Below are positions 55,074 to 62,917 of a DNA stretch of 64,000 nucleotides, piece by piece (the first letter of the stretch is position 1; the number at the start of each line of letters is the position of its first letter). Under the pieces are notes generated by a model. It saw only the letters and a list, made by a program, of their open reading frames with translations, had not been told where the DNA came from and made no database searches. This stretch comes from a virus. The stretch is taken from the IMG/VR virus record IMGVR_UViG_3300045988_112906; one strand, given 5' to 3'. A program made the position numbers and the translations under genes.

Positions 55074-55160
55074 AAGGTACGAATAATCTAGAATACGTCC
55101 AAATAAATAATATATTTTAATATTTTGCTCATTTTTTATGGTTTTGTGCAGGAATATTTT

Positions 55161-55168
55161 TATCTTTG
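55161..55168 (+). promoter_or_regulatory. -7 box TATCTTTG (55248 operon)
   Basis: Exact TAnnTTTG match; a TTTG lies 14 nt upstream. Confidence 0.45.
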
Positions 55169-55247
55169 CACCGACTAAAACATTTAGCTACCGTTTTCTA
55201 ATAAACAGCAACTAGATCAACGATATCAACATAAAATTGAAACAAAA

Positions 55248-55811
55248 ATGAAAAAGAGTATTAACAACGCTCTTTCAGAAGAAGAGCAAGAGCTGGTTCT
55301 GCAAGGTTTGCTGAGCCGCAAAATTTGGAGATTCTATGAACTCCTGGCAAAATGGGCACCCATACCGCTGATGCTAGGGCACTGGTATGGAGTTTGGGAC
55401 TATGGGCGTTACCCAAGACCTACCGTACTTGATACGGCTGATAACGGAAATTGTATCATCTGGATTTACTTTCTGGCATACGTGTATATGCCAATCTGCA
55501 TGATACCAGTGAGCTTCTTCTTCAGATACTGCTGGATTTTCCGCATCCCATTCTTCTACTTCATTGGCATCAATGCCATCAGACTGTATTATCGGCACTG
55601 GCTCATCACGCCAGACCAACTGGAGACGCACCATGTATTTATCATTTTTACATTAATATTATATGCCTATGGATTTATCAAGATCGCTATCACACGTAGC
55701 AAATGCCGCATTTCAGATGTTTCAGAACGGAGAATGCGGTTTTTCGGAAGAAGAAGAGAGAATCGTACAGAGAAACCTTCTGTACTGGATGGAAAGAAGA
55801 CATCACTTTGA
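55248..55811 (+). CDS. Integral membrane protein (187 aa; 3' end uncertain)
   Basis: ORF track; several aromatic-rich hydrophobic segments. Overlaps the next ORF by about 95 nt. Confidence 0.5.
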   Translation: MKKSINNALSEEEQELVLQGLLSRKIWRFYELLAKWAPIPLMLGHWYGVWDYGRYPRPTVLDTADNGNCIIWIYFLAYVYMPICMIPVSFFFRYCWIFRIPFFYFIGINAIRLYYRHWLITPDQLETHHVFIIFTLILYAYGFIKIAITRSKCRISDVSERRMRFFGRRRENRTEKPSVLDGKKTSL

Positions 55812-56130
55812 TGAGAAGCTGGGAAGAGCCTGCATCGCCAACATCTACTATTTCAAGGATGATGTGACCAAGGAGTATGCTCCATTCTTCGGTTACGAGG
55901 AAATGAAGGAGGAGTACGACAAGCAGGCTTGGATGATTCCCGACTACACGATGTGGGATTTTGCCGTGACCATGAACAAGATGTTTGCAGAAAACATTGA
56001 TGTGATTGGCAAATGGTCGAGAAGCAAGGAGACCCTGAAGAAGAGAATCTCCGAACTATCAGTGAGTTTCCTCTGCGACGAGTCAACCAATCACCCCACC
56101 GATAAAATTTGGTGGTACATGAACAGTTAG
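55717..56130 (+). CDS. Hypothetical soluble protein (137 aa; start chosen at ATG 55717)
   Basis: ORF track 55663..56130, trimmed to the MFQNGE start. Confidence 0.45.
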   Translation: MFQNGECGFSEEEERIVQRNLLYWMERRHHFDEKLGRACIANIYYFKDDVTKEYAPFFGYEEMKEEYDKQAWMIPDYTMWDFAVTMNKMFAENIDVIGKWSRSKETLKKRISELSVSFLCDESTNHPTDKIWWYMNS

Positions 56131-56131
56131 A

Positions 56132-56172
56132 CGGAAACACGGAAAAAGCTATCTGAAAACCCCTTATCTTTG
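56132..56172 (+). promoter_or_regulatory. Late promoter L3: CGGAAACACGG-N22-TATCTTTG (lysis cassette)
   Basis: Same element and spacing as L1, L2 and L4. Confidence 0.65.
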
Positions 56173-56190
56173 CGCCATTAATCAATATTA

Positions 56191-56649
56191 ATGGTATATA
56201 TGGCAGAGATTATTCATACATTTTTGCAAGAGCACCTGTACAGATCGGCATTGGTTATTGCCATCTGCATGGGTGCTCTTATCATTTCTATGGGCGTGGA
56301 CCTGTTCTTTGGCATCAAGAAAGCGAAGGAGAACGGACTGGCTACGACAAGTACAGGATTCAAGAAGACTTGCGACAAGGCGAGGAAATACTTCTCTCCC
56401 TTCATGGTGACGGTCTGCATAGACCTGATAGCCTGTACGGTTCTCCCCTTCCCTGTCTTCTCTATGATATGGGCAGGCTATTGCGTGTTCTGTGAATTTG
56501 TAAGCGTAAGAGAGAAGAGCTGGCAGAAGGCTGAGATACGGAAGCAGGAGAAAACGGTAAGCATTCTTCTGGAGAACAAAGAAGACTTGGCTAGGGCTTT
56601 TGCCGAGATTATGAAGGAACTGGAAAAGGAGAAGGAGGGCAAGGTATGA
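56191..56649 (+). CDS. Holin (phage_holin_4-like)
   Basis: TM segments plus FGIKKAKENGLATTSTGFKKT and CEFVSVREK resemble the toxin-secretion/phage-lysis holin family. 4-nt overlap with the amidase gene. Alternative ATG at 56200. Confidence 0.65.
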   Translation: MVYMAEIIHTFLQEHLYRSALVIAICMGALIISMGVDLFFGIKKAKENGLATTSTGFKKTCDKARKYFSPFMVTVCIDLIACTVLPFPVFSMIWAGYCVFCEFVSVREKSWQKAEIRKQEKTVSILLENKEDLARAFAEIMKELEKEKEGKV

Positions 56650-57068
56650 GACTGATTGAGAGAATTTTCGTTCACTGTACTGCCTCTTCTCAGAAATGGG
56701 GCGTAAAGGAGCTTTGGGATGAGTTTAAGCGCAAGGGCTGGAAGAACCCCGGCTATCACTATGTAATTACCAAGGATGGTGGCATACACCAGATGCTGCC
56801 GGTAGAAATGGTTAGCAACGGTGTGAAGGGATATAATTCTACTGCCATCAATATTGCCTATGTGGGCGGTATCGACTCGAAGGGAAAGGCTGTAGATAAC
56901 AGAACCAAGGAGCAGAAGGATGCTCTGGTTACCCTGCTTAGACAGCTGAAAAAGAAATATCCGAATGCGGCGATTATGGGGCATCGTGACATTTGGGGGG
57001 CAGACAAGTCGAAGTGGAAGAAGATGTGCCCTTGTTTTAATGCGAAAGAGGAATATAAAAATCTATAG
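56646..57068 (+). CDS. N-acetylmuramoyl-L-alanine amidase endolysin (Amidase_2/PGRP, T7-lysozyme-like)
   Basis: IFVHCTAS, GYHYVITKDGGIHQ, STAINIAYVGG and GHRD...CPCF match the zinc amidase signature. Confidence 0.9.
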   Translation: MRLIERIFVHCTASSQKWGVKELWDEFKRKGWKNPGYHYVITKDGGIHQMLPVEMVSNGVKGYNSTAINIAYVGGIDSKGKAVDNRTKEQKDALVTLLRQLKKKYPNAAIMGHRDIWGADKSKWKKMCPCFNAKEEYKNL

Positions 57069-57071
57069 CGT

Positions 57072-57512
57072 ATGAAGTGGTATGACATAAAATTTTGGAA
57101 ATGGACTTGCATCGGTTTAGTGGTTGGAGTTATCCTACTGGCATTTACTAGCTGCAAGACCAAGGAGTATGTGAAGGTTCCCGAGTATCATACTGAGTAT
57201 ATTGTGAGAAGTGATACTATCGCCAAAATGGATAGTGTGTATGTGAAGGATTCGGTTTATGTGTATCAGAAGGGTGATACCGTGGTTATAAGCAAGATTG
57301 CCTATCGGGACCGATACCGCAATATATATAAGGTGAAGCTTGATACCATCTTCAAGCATGATTCAGTTTCCGTGCCAGTACCAGTTGAGCGGCAACTTAC
57401 CAAAAGTGAGCAGAGATTAATGACACTGGGAAGATGCTATATCGGATTTCTTTTCCTGTTGGCTGTATGCGCCATCGGCTTTGCCTTCTGGTATCACAAT
57501 AAAAAGTGCTAG
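57072..57512 (+). CDS. Putative unimolecular spanin (146 aa)
   Basis: N-terminal lipoprotein-like signal ending LLAFTSC, a beta-rich middle, and a C-terminal TM (YIGFLFLLAVCAIGFAFWY). Lies directly after the endolysin gene. Confidence 0.55.
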   Translation: MKWYDIKFWKWTCIGLVVGVILLAFTSCKTKEYVKVPEYHTEYIVRSDTIAKMDSVYVKDSVYVYQKGDTVVISKIAYRDRYRNIYKVKLDTIFKHDSVSVPVPVERQLTKSEQRLMTLGRCYIGFLFLLAVCAIGFAFWYHNKKC

Positions 57513-57515
57513 CTT

Positions 57516-57827
57516 ATGGGAAAGATTAGCGAAGAACTCCAAATGATAGACTCGCTCCTGATGGAATTTCATGAGCGGATTCAGTCGGGGCGATGCCTTA
57601 CCAATAAGCTTCAGAACAAAATGATGCTGAATTTCCTGCATCAGATTGCCAACAAGGATGAGCCGATCAGTAAAGCTGAGGCTTGCGGTTATGTCAAAGT
57701 TTCCAGGGCTACCTTTGACCGGCTGGTGAAAGAAGGAAGGCTTCCTAAGGGACGGAAGCGCAAGGGCTGGACCGAACTTGTTTGGTATGAAAAGGATTTG
57801 GATAAGTACATAGATAAGTTGATTTAG
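57516..57827 (+). CDS. Excisionase/MerR-like HTH DNA-binding protein (103 aa)
   Basis: EACGYVKVSRATFDRLVKEGRLPKG resembles the Xis/AlpA-type HTH_17 motif. Confidence 0.6.
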   Translation: MGKISEELQMIDSLLMEFHERIQSGRCLTNKLQNKMMLNFLHQIANKDEPISKAEACGYVKVSRATFDRLVKEGRLPKGRKRKGWTELVWYEKDLDKYIDKLI

Positions 57828-57885
57828 GTATAATTTTAGGTTTTTGTTTTTATAGGTTAGACGTTTGTTTATTTAGCTAAAAATC

Positions 57886-57911
57886 CCCACCCGGCTGTGA
57901 AGCTAGGTGGG
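57886..57911. terminator. Hairpin between convergent genes
   Basis: CCCACC-N14-GGTGGG. Confidence 0.35.
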
Positions 57912-57920
57912 AATTGTAGT

Positions 57921-58262
57921 TTACTCTCCAAGAATATCCTTGATTTTCTTTTCGATGAACTCATTAGAAGTGAGTTTCTTAATAAGTTCATCTATATCAG
58001 GTAACTCTGCATCAACTCCGACTTCCTGATTTTTGGAGGAAACATATTCCTTTAGTGCTTTCATCCAAGAACTATTAGCCATGTCTGCCAACGAATCTTT
58101 TTTGCTCTCGTAGGCTTTCTTCACCTCTCCGTTATCTCGGAAATATCTGAGCACTTCCGTTAATGCAACAATGAAGTTCTTGTCTATCATCGGGTTGCTC
58201 TTTGCCTCTTCCAGTTTAAGCATCAGGAAGAGCAATGATGAATGTAAATCTGTTTTGTTCAT
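57921..58262 (-). CDS. Hypothetical helical protein (113 aa)
   Basis: ORF track. Confidence 0.55.
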   Translation of the reverse strand: MNKTDLHSSLLFLMLKLEEAKSNPMIDKNFIVALTEVLRYFRDNGEVKKAYESKKDSLADMANSSWMKALKEYVSSKNQEVGVDAELPDIDELIKKLTSNEFIEKKIKDILGE

Positions 58263-58395
58263 AATTTAATCCTTTCTTCTACGATTTTTGATATGTAATG
58301 CTAAAGCGCAAAACGACAACAATAGCACTAATAATTGTCCTGCTTCCATATTACTTTTCCTCCATTATTTTCTTTGCCAATCTAATCTTCATACG

Positions 58396-58572
58396 CTAAT
58401 TAATTCCCTCCTCAATCGTTTTGAGATAGTAAAGTGTATTACCGATACATGTAAGTTCCTTGCAAGGACTTTTATAAGTCTCATAGATTTGTTCCAAATC
58501 CTTGATAAATTGTTGTAGCTTAATTTTATCCTCCCAATCGAGAACTACTACTTTTCTTGTTTCTTTTTTCAT
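58396..58572 (-). CDS. Hypothetical small protein (58 aa, MKKETRKVVVLDWEDK...)
   Basis: Hand-translated. The start lies in a TAGCGTATGAAA junction. Confidence 0.4.
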   Translation of the reverse strand: MKKETRKVVVLDWEDKIKLQQFIKDLEQIYETYKSPCKELTCIGNTLYYLKTIEEGIN

Positions 58573-58575
58573 ACG

Positions 58576-58716
58576 CTAAAAGATTAATTGTTTGTTTCTA
58601 CTGAGAACATGGAGATATTTTCTTCTCCAAGCTAAATTGTTTTCTACTTTAATATGCCCGTCTGGGAATTGATGTACTCTATCCCAATAAGCAAACATAG
58701 AGAATATACTTTTCAT
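58576..58716 (-). CDS. Hypothetical small protein (46 aa, MKSIFSMFAYWDRV...)
   Basis: Hand-translated. The start lies in a TAGCGTATGAAA junction directly after the YopX gene stop. Confidence 0.35.
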   Translation of the reverse strand: MKSIFSMFAYWDRVHQFPDGHIKVENNLAWRRKYLHVLSRNKQLIF

Positions 58717-58719
58717 ACG

Positions 58720-59091
58720 CTACTTCTCCTTATCGAATTTATTACCTACAATCGTTACTGATAGTCCACTTTTCACCAAATTACAAAGCAGACATTCTGT
58801 ATATTTTCCAAACTTAGCATAGAAAGCTCCGTCTTTAAATACAACTTCACCTTCGCCATCAAAGCCAATAATGTCACCTTCAAAAATAGGCACATCGTTG
58901 GTGTCTTTCAGTCCTGTGAATTGGCAGACTGTAGAAGGGTCAACTTCATAAGTGATATTTCTGTTGAACATACTTTCTTTCTGACAATTTTCGATGATGT
59001 AGGCATTACCACATTCGGAATAAAAGTAACCTTCTACCCAAGTGTTGTCATCAATACGTTTAGCCTTGAACTTGATATTTTCTACTTTCAT
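58720..59091 (-). CDS. YopX-family phage protein (123 aa)
   Basis: FTGLKDTNDVPIFEGDII...TIVGNKFD fits the YopX pattern (G.kD.nG..I.EGDi ... GNi.d). Confidence 0.7.
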   Translation of the reverse strand: MKVENIKFKAKRIDDNTWVEGYFYSECGNAYIIENCQKESMFNRNITYEVDPSTVCQFTGLKDTNDVPIFEGDIIGFDGEGEVVFKDGAFYAKFGKYTECLLCNLVKSGLSVTIVGNKFDKEK

Positions 59092-59103
59092 AAGCTATAA
59101 TTC

Positions 59104-59394
59104 TTATTTTTCCATTTCAACACGCATCAGAAAATTGTCAGCAAAGTTTTCAAAATCAAACTTGCCACCTATTGTTCCATGAAAGCGATACTTAGTGAAG
59201 CACTTTTTGCACTCACAGACCATCATATAGCCATGAGGAGTATCACACCACCCAATAATATTTCTAGCGTGATAACTACAACTTTTATTATCACACTCCT
59301 CATTAGGACAATTAAGTCCCTCACTATACTCTATAGACTCCCAATTACTAATCTTCATCGGGAGCATTTCTTCCATTAAGCTTTTGTCTGCCAT
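59104..59394 (-). CDS. Cys-rich zinc-ribbon-like protein (96 aa)
   Basis: CPNEEC...C, WC and CECKC clusters. Confidence 0.55.
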   Translation of the reverse strand: MADKSLMEEMLPMKISNWESIEYSEGLNCPNEECDNKSCSYHARNIIGWCDTPHGYMMVCECKKCFTKYRFHGTIGGKFDFENFADNFLMRVEMEK

Positions 59395-59642
59395 ATTCTC
59401 TTCTTTTTACCCTCCCCATGATGTTATCAAAATAATAACGGATTGGAGTCTTTATGAGCCTTTCACTCATTAACGTTCTTCGATGTGTACTAAATGCTTG
59501 ATACCTTTTCCACATAAGAGTGCTCTGAGGTGAATTGTCAAGCGGTAATTGATATTTTACGGCTACACCTAATGCCAACCAATCTAATTCGAGCACGGCT
59601 TTTTCATTATTATCTTAATTTCACCAAGGTGAGGGTGGTTAG

Positions 59643-59792
59643 TTACTCTGTTATCACTACATCAAAATCTTCAAATTCACAATTCTGTTCTACAATATCT
59701 TCTTTAATAGCATTTTTGATACTATAAAGATATTCTTCCGCCTTGTCTAATTCTTTACCTCTCAGAATTACTTTAAAAGAAATTTCTTCCAT
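59643..59792 (-). CDS. Hypothetical small protein (49 aa, MEEISFKVILRGKEL...)
   Basis: Hand-translated. Preceded by the conserved intergenic unit also found before 60679. Confidence 0.4.
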   Translation of the reverse strand: MEEISFKVILRGKELDKAEEYLYSIKNAIKEDIVEQNCEFEDFDVVITE

Positions 59793-59827
59793 ATTACTTC
59801 TATTTATATCCTTTACAGGATGGTTAG

Positions 59828-60679
59828 TTACTCATTAACTTCAACAAACTTTCCGTTTTTAAGTTGATACCAAGTATCAGCCTTGATATTCTCTCCATCA
59901 ACGTACTCTGTCTTAACACATACTGGAACATTACGTTTCTTTTTATCGCTCCATTTCCATTCTGCCAGCGTTATCCATGAGCCAACCTTTGCTTTCGCTA
60001 TTGAACTGTTGCCAGCACACATAATAACGGAATCTTCTCCAGTGCTACCAATCTTAGCAGAGTAGCCCGATGAACCAATCTTAGCATAGTCGCCCGATGA
60101 ACCAATCTGAGCATAGTAGCCCGATGAACCAATCTGAGCAGAGTAGCCCGATGAACCAATCTGAGCAGAGTTGCCCGATGAACCAATCTGAGCAGAGTCG
60201 CCCGATGAACCAATCTGAGCAGAGTCGCCCGATGAGCCAATCTGAGCAGAGTAGCCCGATGAACCAATCTTAGCATAGTCGCCCGATGAACCAATCTGTT
60301 TTCTTCGGTCTCCGTTGTCGTTCAACTCACCATCTGTCTTAACTTTAGATGTTGATGTAATATCTTTCAGCCACTCGACACCGATATTAATGATGTCAGC
60401 AAGCTTCAACTCAGCCTTAATCTTGATACGAGAAGAGCATACCTTTGTTGAATTTTCTTCTTTATCAATCTTACCAGACTGTTCTACCTCTGCATAGCGA
60501 GAGCTAAGCATATCGTAGTAGTCCCACACTTCCATTGGAGACTTGCAAGCGTGGAAACCTTGTTTGCAACACTTGATTTCTCCGTCCATTTCATACTCTT
60601 TTCCTACTTCGTACTGAAATCCATGGCATTTCATATTCTTGTCGAATCCCTTGTACGATGTGATTACATTTTCACTCAT
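59828..60679 (-). CDS. Repeat protein: Cys/His-rich N-terminal domain, nonapeptide repeat array, C-terminal beta domain (283 aa)
   Basis: The N-terminal YKGFDKNMKCHGFQYEVGKEYEMDGEIKCCKQGFHAC is followed by about 10 IGSSG[DYN][SY]A[QK] units. Confidence 0.7.
   Translation of the reverse strand: MSENVITSYKGFDKNMKCHGFQYEVGKEYEMDGEIKCCKQGFHACKSPMEVWDYYDMLSSRYAEVEQSGKIDKEENSTKVCSSRIKIKAELKLADIINIGVEWLKDITSTSKVKTDGELNDNGDRRKQIGSSGDYAKIGSSGYSAQIGSSGDSAQIGSSGDSAQIGSSGNSAQIGSSGYSAQIGSSGYYAQIGSSGDYAKIGSSGYSAKIGSTGEDSVIMCAGNSSIAKAKVGSWITLAEWKWSDKKKRNVPVCVKTEYVDGENIKADTWYQLKNGKFVEVNE
60047..60298. repeat. 27-bp tandem repeat, about 9.3 copies (accaatctgagcagagtagcccgatga consensus)
   Basis: Nine full head-to-tail units with a few substitutions each; in frame within 59828..60679. 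Confidence 0.95.
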
Positions 60680-60710
60680 ATTCTATCTATTTATATCCTT
60701 TGTAGAATGA

Positions 60711-61016
60711 TTAATCAATCTTCTTGATGCTACCAATTTCCATACTCAATAGAACAAACTCTCTATTGGAGCGAGTTCCATCTTTCTTAGTAGGATTGAT
60801 TCTTACATCAATCTCGCCAGTATAACCTTTATAACCACGCTTTGGAACAATGCTTGCAATCCAACAAACATCACATCTGGAGCAGCTAACTTTGTCTCCA
60901 ACTTTGTATGGAAGACTTTCTATGTAATCATTTACGTAAGAACAAATCTCATTGTTAGCATCATTGATAATGCTTAGTTGCTTGGCAACCTTTACTTTTA
61001 ATTCTTCCTTTGTCAT
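60711..61016 (-). CDS. Hypothetical protein (101 aa from ATG MTKEEL)
   Basis: ORF track 60711..61067 uses a GTG start; trimmed to the first ATG. Confidence 0.5.
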   Translation of the reverse strand: MTKEELKVKVAKQLSIINDANNEICSYVNDYIESLPYKVGDKVSCSRCDVCWIASIVPKRGYKGYTGEIDVRINPTKKDGTRSNREFVLLSMEIGSIKKID

Positions 61017-61176
61017 ATCTTTAAAATTTATGCCCGAAAGCGTTAAACATCTATTTGATTTGCACACTCTTCTGTTTCATCAGGAACAGATAACTGATCC
61101 CACATATCACATTTATCTTTGTCATTATAGATACAAGGTCTGTGACAGATTCCTCTAATATCTTCTCTTAACATAC

Positions 61177-61677
61177 CTACACCTCCATTTCGTGATTAAT
61201 ACCAAGACCGAAGAGAAGATGTTGGAGTTCATGGACATAATGAACTTCAAATTTTAATGTCTCTCCACGCATATCTATAACCCAACCATCCTTCTTATTT
61301 TGATAATAAAGCTGAAAACATGTATAATTGACTTCATCATTTTCATCACCTCCCATAAATGCTTCTGATAAAGAAAATACACTTCCGTCTTTTTCTTCTT
61401 TATCCCATACATTCTTCTCTAGAATCTCTGGAGTAATAGGGATAGGAACAATATCCTTAACCCAAGCACAGCAATCTCCGAAGAGATAACCTTTGTCTCC
61501 AAATTCAACACCTTCAAGATTCTCTAAGCGAACAACACCTTTCATAACCGTTCCATCGTCCAACTTCAAAGTCTTTGATGGGTCTGATGATGTTACTCGG
61601 TAAACGACATCCTGTTCTGTACCTAGTGGTGCTCCGTTTGTCATTACCAAATCTCCTGGAATATATAACTTATCCAT
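61177..61677 (-). CDS. Hypothetical protein (166 aa)
   Basis: ORF track. The start lies in a TAAAGCGTATG junction. Confidence 0.6.
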   Translation of the reverse strand: MDKLYIPGDLVMTNGAPLGTEQDVVYRVTSSDPSKTLKLDDGTVMKGVVRLENLEGVEFGDKGYLFGDCCAWVKDIVPIPITPEILEKNVWDKEEKDGSVFSLSEAFMGGDENDEVNYTCFQLYYQNKKDGWVIDMRGETLKFEVHYVHELQHLLFGLGINHEMEV

Positions 61678-61682
61678 ACGCT

Positions 61683-61961
61683 TTACTTTTCAAGTTTCTT
61701 AATCAATGCCTTAATCTTATCGCAAATCAAAGAATCGTCACATATGGTTCTAATATACTTCAAATCCTTGATTATCTCATGGTTGGTAGGTACACCATGC
61801 TTCTTTCTTACCCATTCAATGAACTCTGGAATTACGACATTATAACTTTCCAAATATCTACTTTCTCTGCCATTGTAAGACAGAAGATAGTGGTTCTTTC
61901 TTGTTAAGAGCCACCACAAAGCGATTAACTTGTTCTTGATATTTAATAATTTCTGTTTCAT
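61683..61961 (-). CDS. Hypothetical protein (92 aa)
   Basis: ORF track. Confidence 0.55.
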   Translation of the reverse strand: MKQKLLNIKNKLIALWWLLTRKNHYLLSYNGRESRYLESYNVVIPEFIEWVRKKHGVPTNHEIIKDLKYIRTICDDSLICDKIKALIKKLEK

Positions 61962-61966
61962 GTTCT

Positions 61967-62137
61967 TTACTCCTTAATACTATCTAGTTCTGACATAAAA
62001 GTTACTATAAAACCCAAAAGGGTGATGAATACAAACAGACCTATGACGTCTGTCTTGAACAGAAAGTAGCCGTACAATTCCAATACTCCGATCAATAAGT
62101 ATGTAATACTTACAAGAAGTAGCTTAAATACTTTCAT
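61967..62137 (-). CDS. Small two-TM membrane protein (56 aa from ATG)
   Basis: The ORF track start is TTG; an ATG lies 4 codons in. Two hydrophobic helices. Confidence 0.45.
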   Translation of the reverse strand: MKVFKLLLVSITYLLIGVLELYGYFLFKTDVIGLFVFITLLGFIVTFMSELDSIKE

Positions 62138-62149
62138 ATTATTATTCAA

Positions 62150-62311
62150 TTAAAATGCAATTCTAAAATCCTTACCTTTCAAAGTAGGTCTCTTTTTGAG
62201 GACGAACTTCTCTAAATCTTCAAAATCAATCGGGAAGAGCGCACAATATTTATACTTTAATGTGCAGACGAATCTTCCGTTGAGCATAACATCAAATACA
62301 AATGTTTTCAT
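62150..62311 (-). CDS. Hypothetical small protein (53 aa, MKTFVFDVMLNGRF...)
   Basis: Hand-translated; fills the gap between same-strand genes. Confidence 0.4.
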   Translation of the reverse strand: MKTFVFDVMLNGRFVCTLKYKYCALFPIDFEDLEKFVLKKRPTLKGKDFRIAF

Positions 62312-62532
62312 TGATTATCTCCTTTCCTTGAAACTTCTTCAATTAAAATCTCAGCTTCTTCTGCCGACTCTCTTGCGAGATTTCGTATATGTGCTTTACG
62401 TTCAGCATTGGAGCATGCGCCTCTATGGTCGTAATCTTCACCACATCTTCTTACTTTATTAATAAACAACTCTGATGCTGTATTAAATAAAGTTTTTGTT
62501 TTGAATCCTTCTACATTAATCTTCACTCCCAT
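62308..62532 (-). CDS. Hypothetical basic protein (74 aa from ATG MGVKIN)
   Basis: ORF track 62308..62559, trimmed. Confidence 0.4.
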   Translation of the reverse strand: MGVKINVEGFKTKTLFNTASELFINKVRRCGEDYDHRGACSNAERKAHIRNLARESAEEAEILIEEVSRKGDNQ

Positions 62533-62899
62533 ATTCTTCCTGCATTTTTTTGATTTCACTTACGAAAAGATTGACGTTGATGTCGCAATCTATCACTTCC
62601 TGGTGGTGCTTGACGGCATCTTCTATCAGATGTGTGCATGACTCGGTGAAGCCACAAATGTGATCGCCCTCTATGCTATAGAGATAGCGGTTCGTGTTGT
62701 AATAGGCACACTGGCAAAGCTTGATGCCATTTTGTGATAACACCTCTCTGACTGCGGCGTTGTTGATGCGAAGCACTACCAGCTTGCTTTTTGAGGCGTA
62801 GTACTTGTGGTATTTGATGCGGTCGTAGGCTACGACTGCGATAGCCATCAACCATAAGATAGCTGTTACGATAGCTATGTCTGTCTGTAATGTATTCAT
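62516..62899 (-). CDS. Membrane-anchored protein (127 aa, N-terminal TM)
   Basis: ORF track. The TM segment is IAIVTAILWLMAIAVVAY. Confidence 0.55.
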   Translation of the reverse strand: MNTLQTDIAIVTAILWLMAIAVVAYDRIKYHKYYASKSKLVVLRINNAAVREVLSQNGIKLCQCAYYNTNRYLYSIEGDHICGFTESCTHLIEDAVKHHQEVIDCDINVNLFVSEIKKMQEEYGSED

Positions 62900-62917
62900 A
62901 AGTTTGTTACGTTTTAA

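Noticed and set aside
56191-56202. Dual-start holin/antiholin motif (M1-V-Y-M4)
   Set aside because: There is no positively charged residue between the two Met codons, as there is in the lambda S107/S105 paradigm. This cannot be supported from sequence alone.
59348-59596. 82-aa minus-strand ORF overlapping the start of 59104..59394
   Set aside because: It has a non-ATG start, a 47-nt overlap and an odd composition. The region also holds a TTGATAACAT site and may be a regulatory leader. It is left unannotated.
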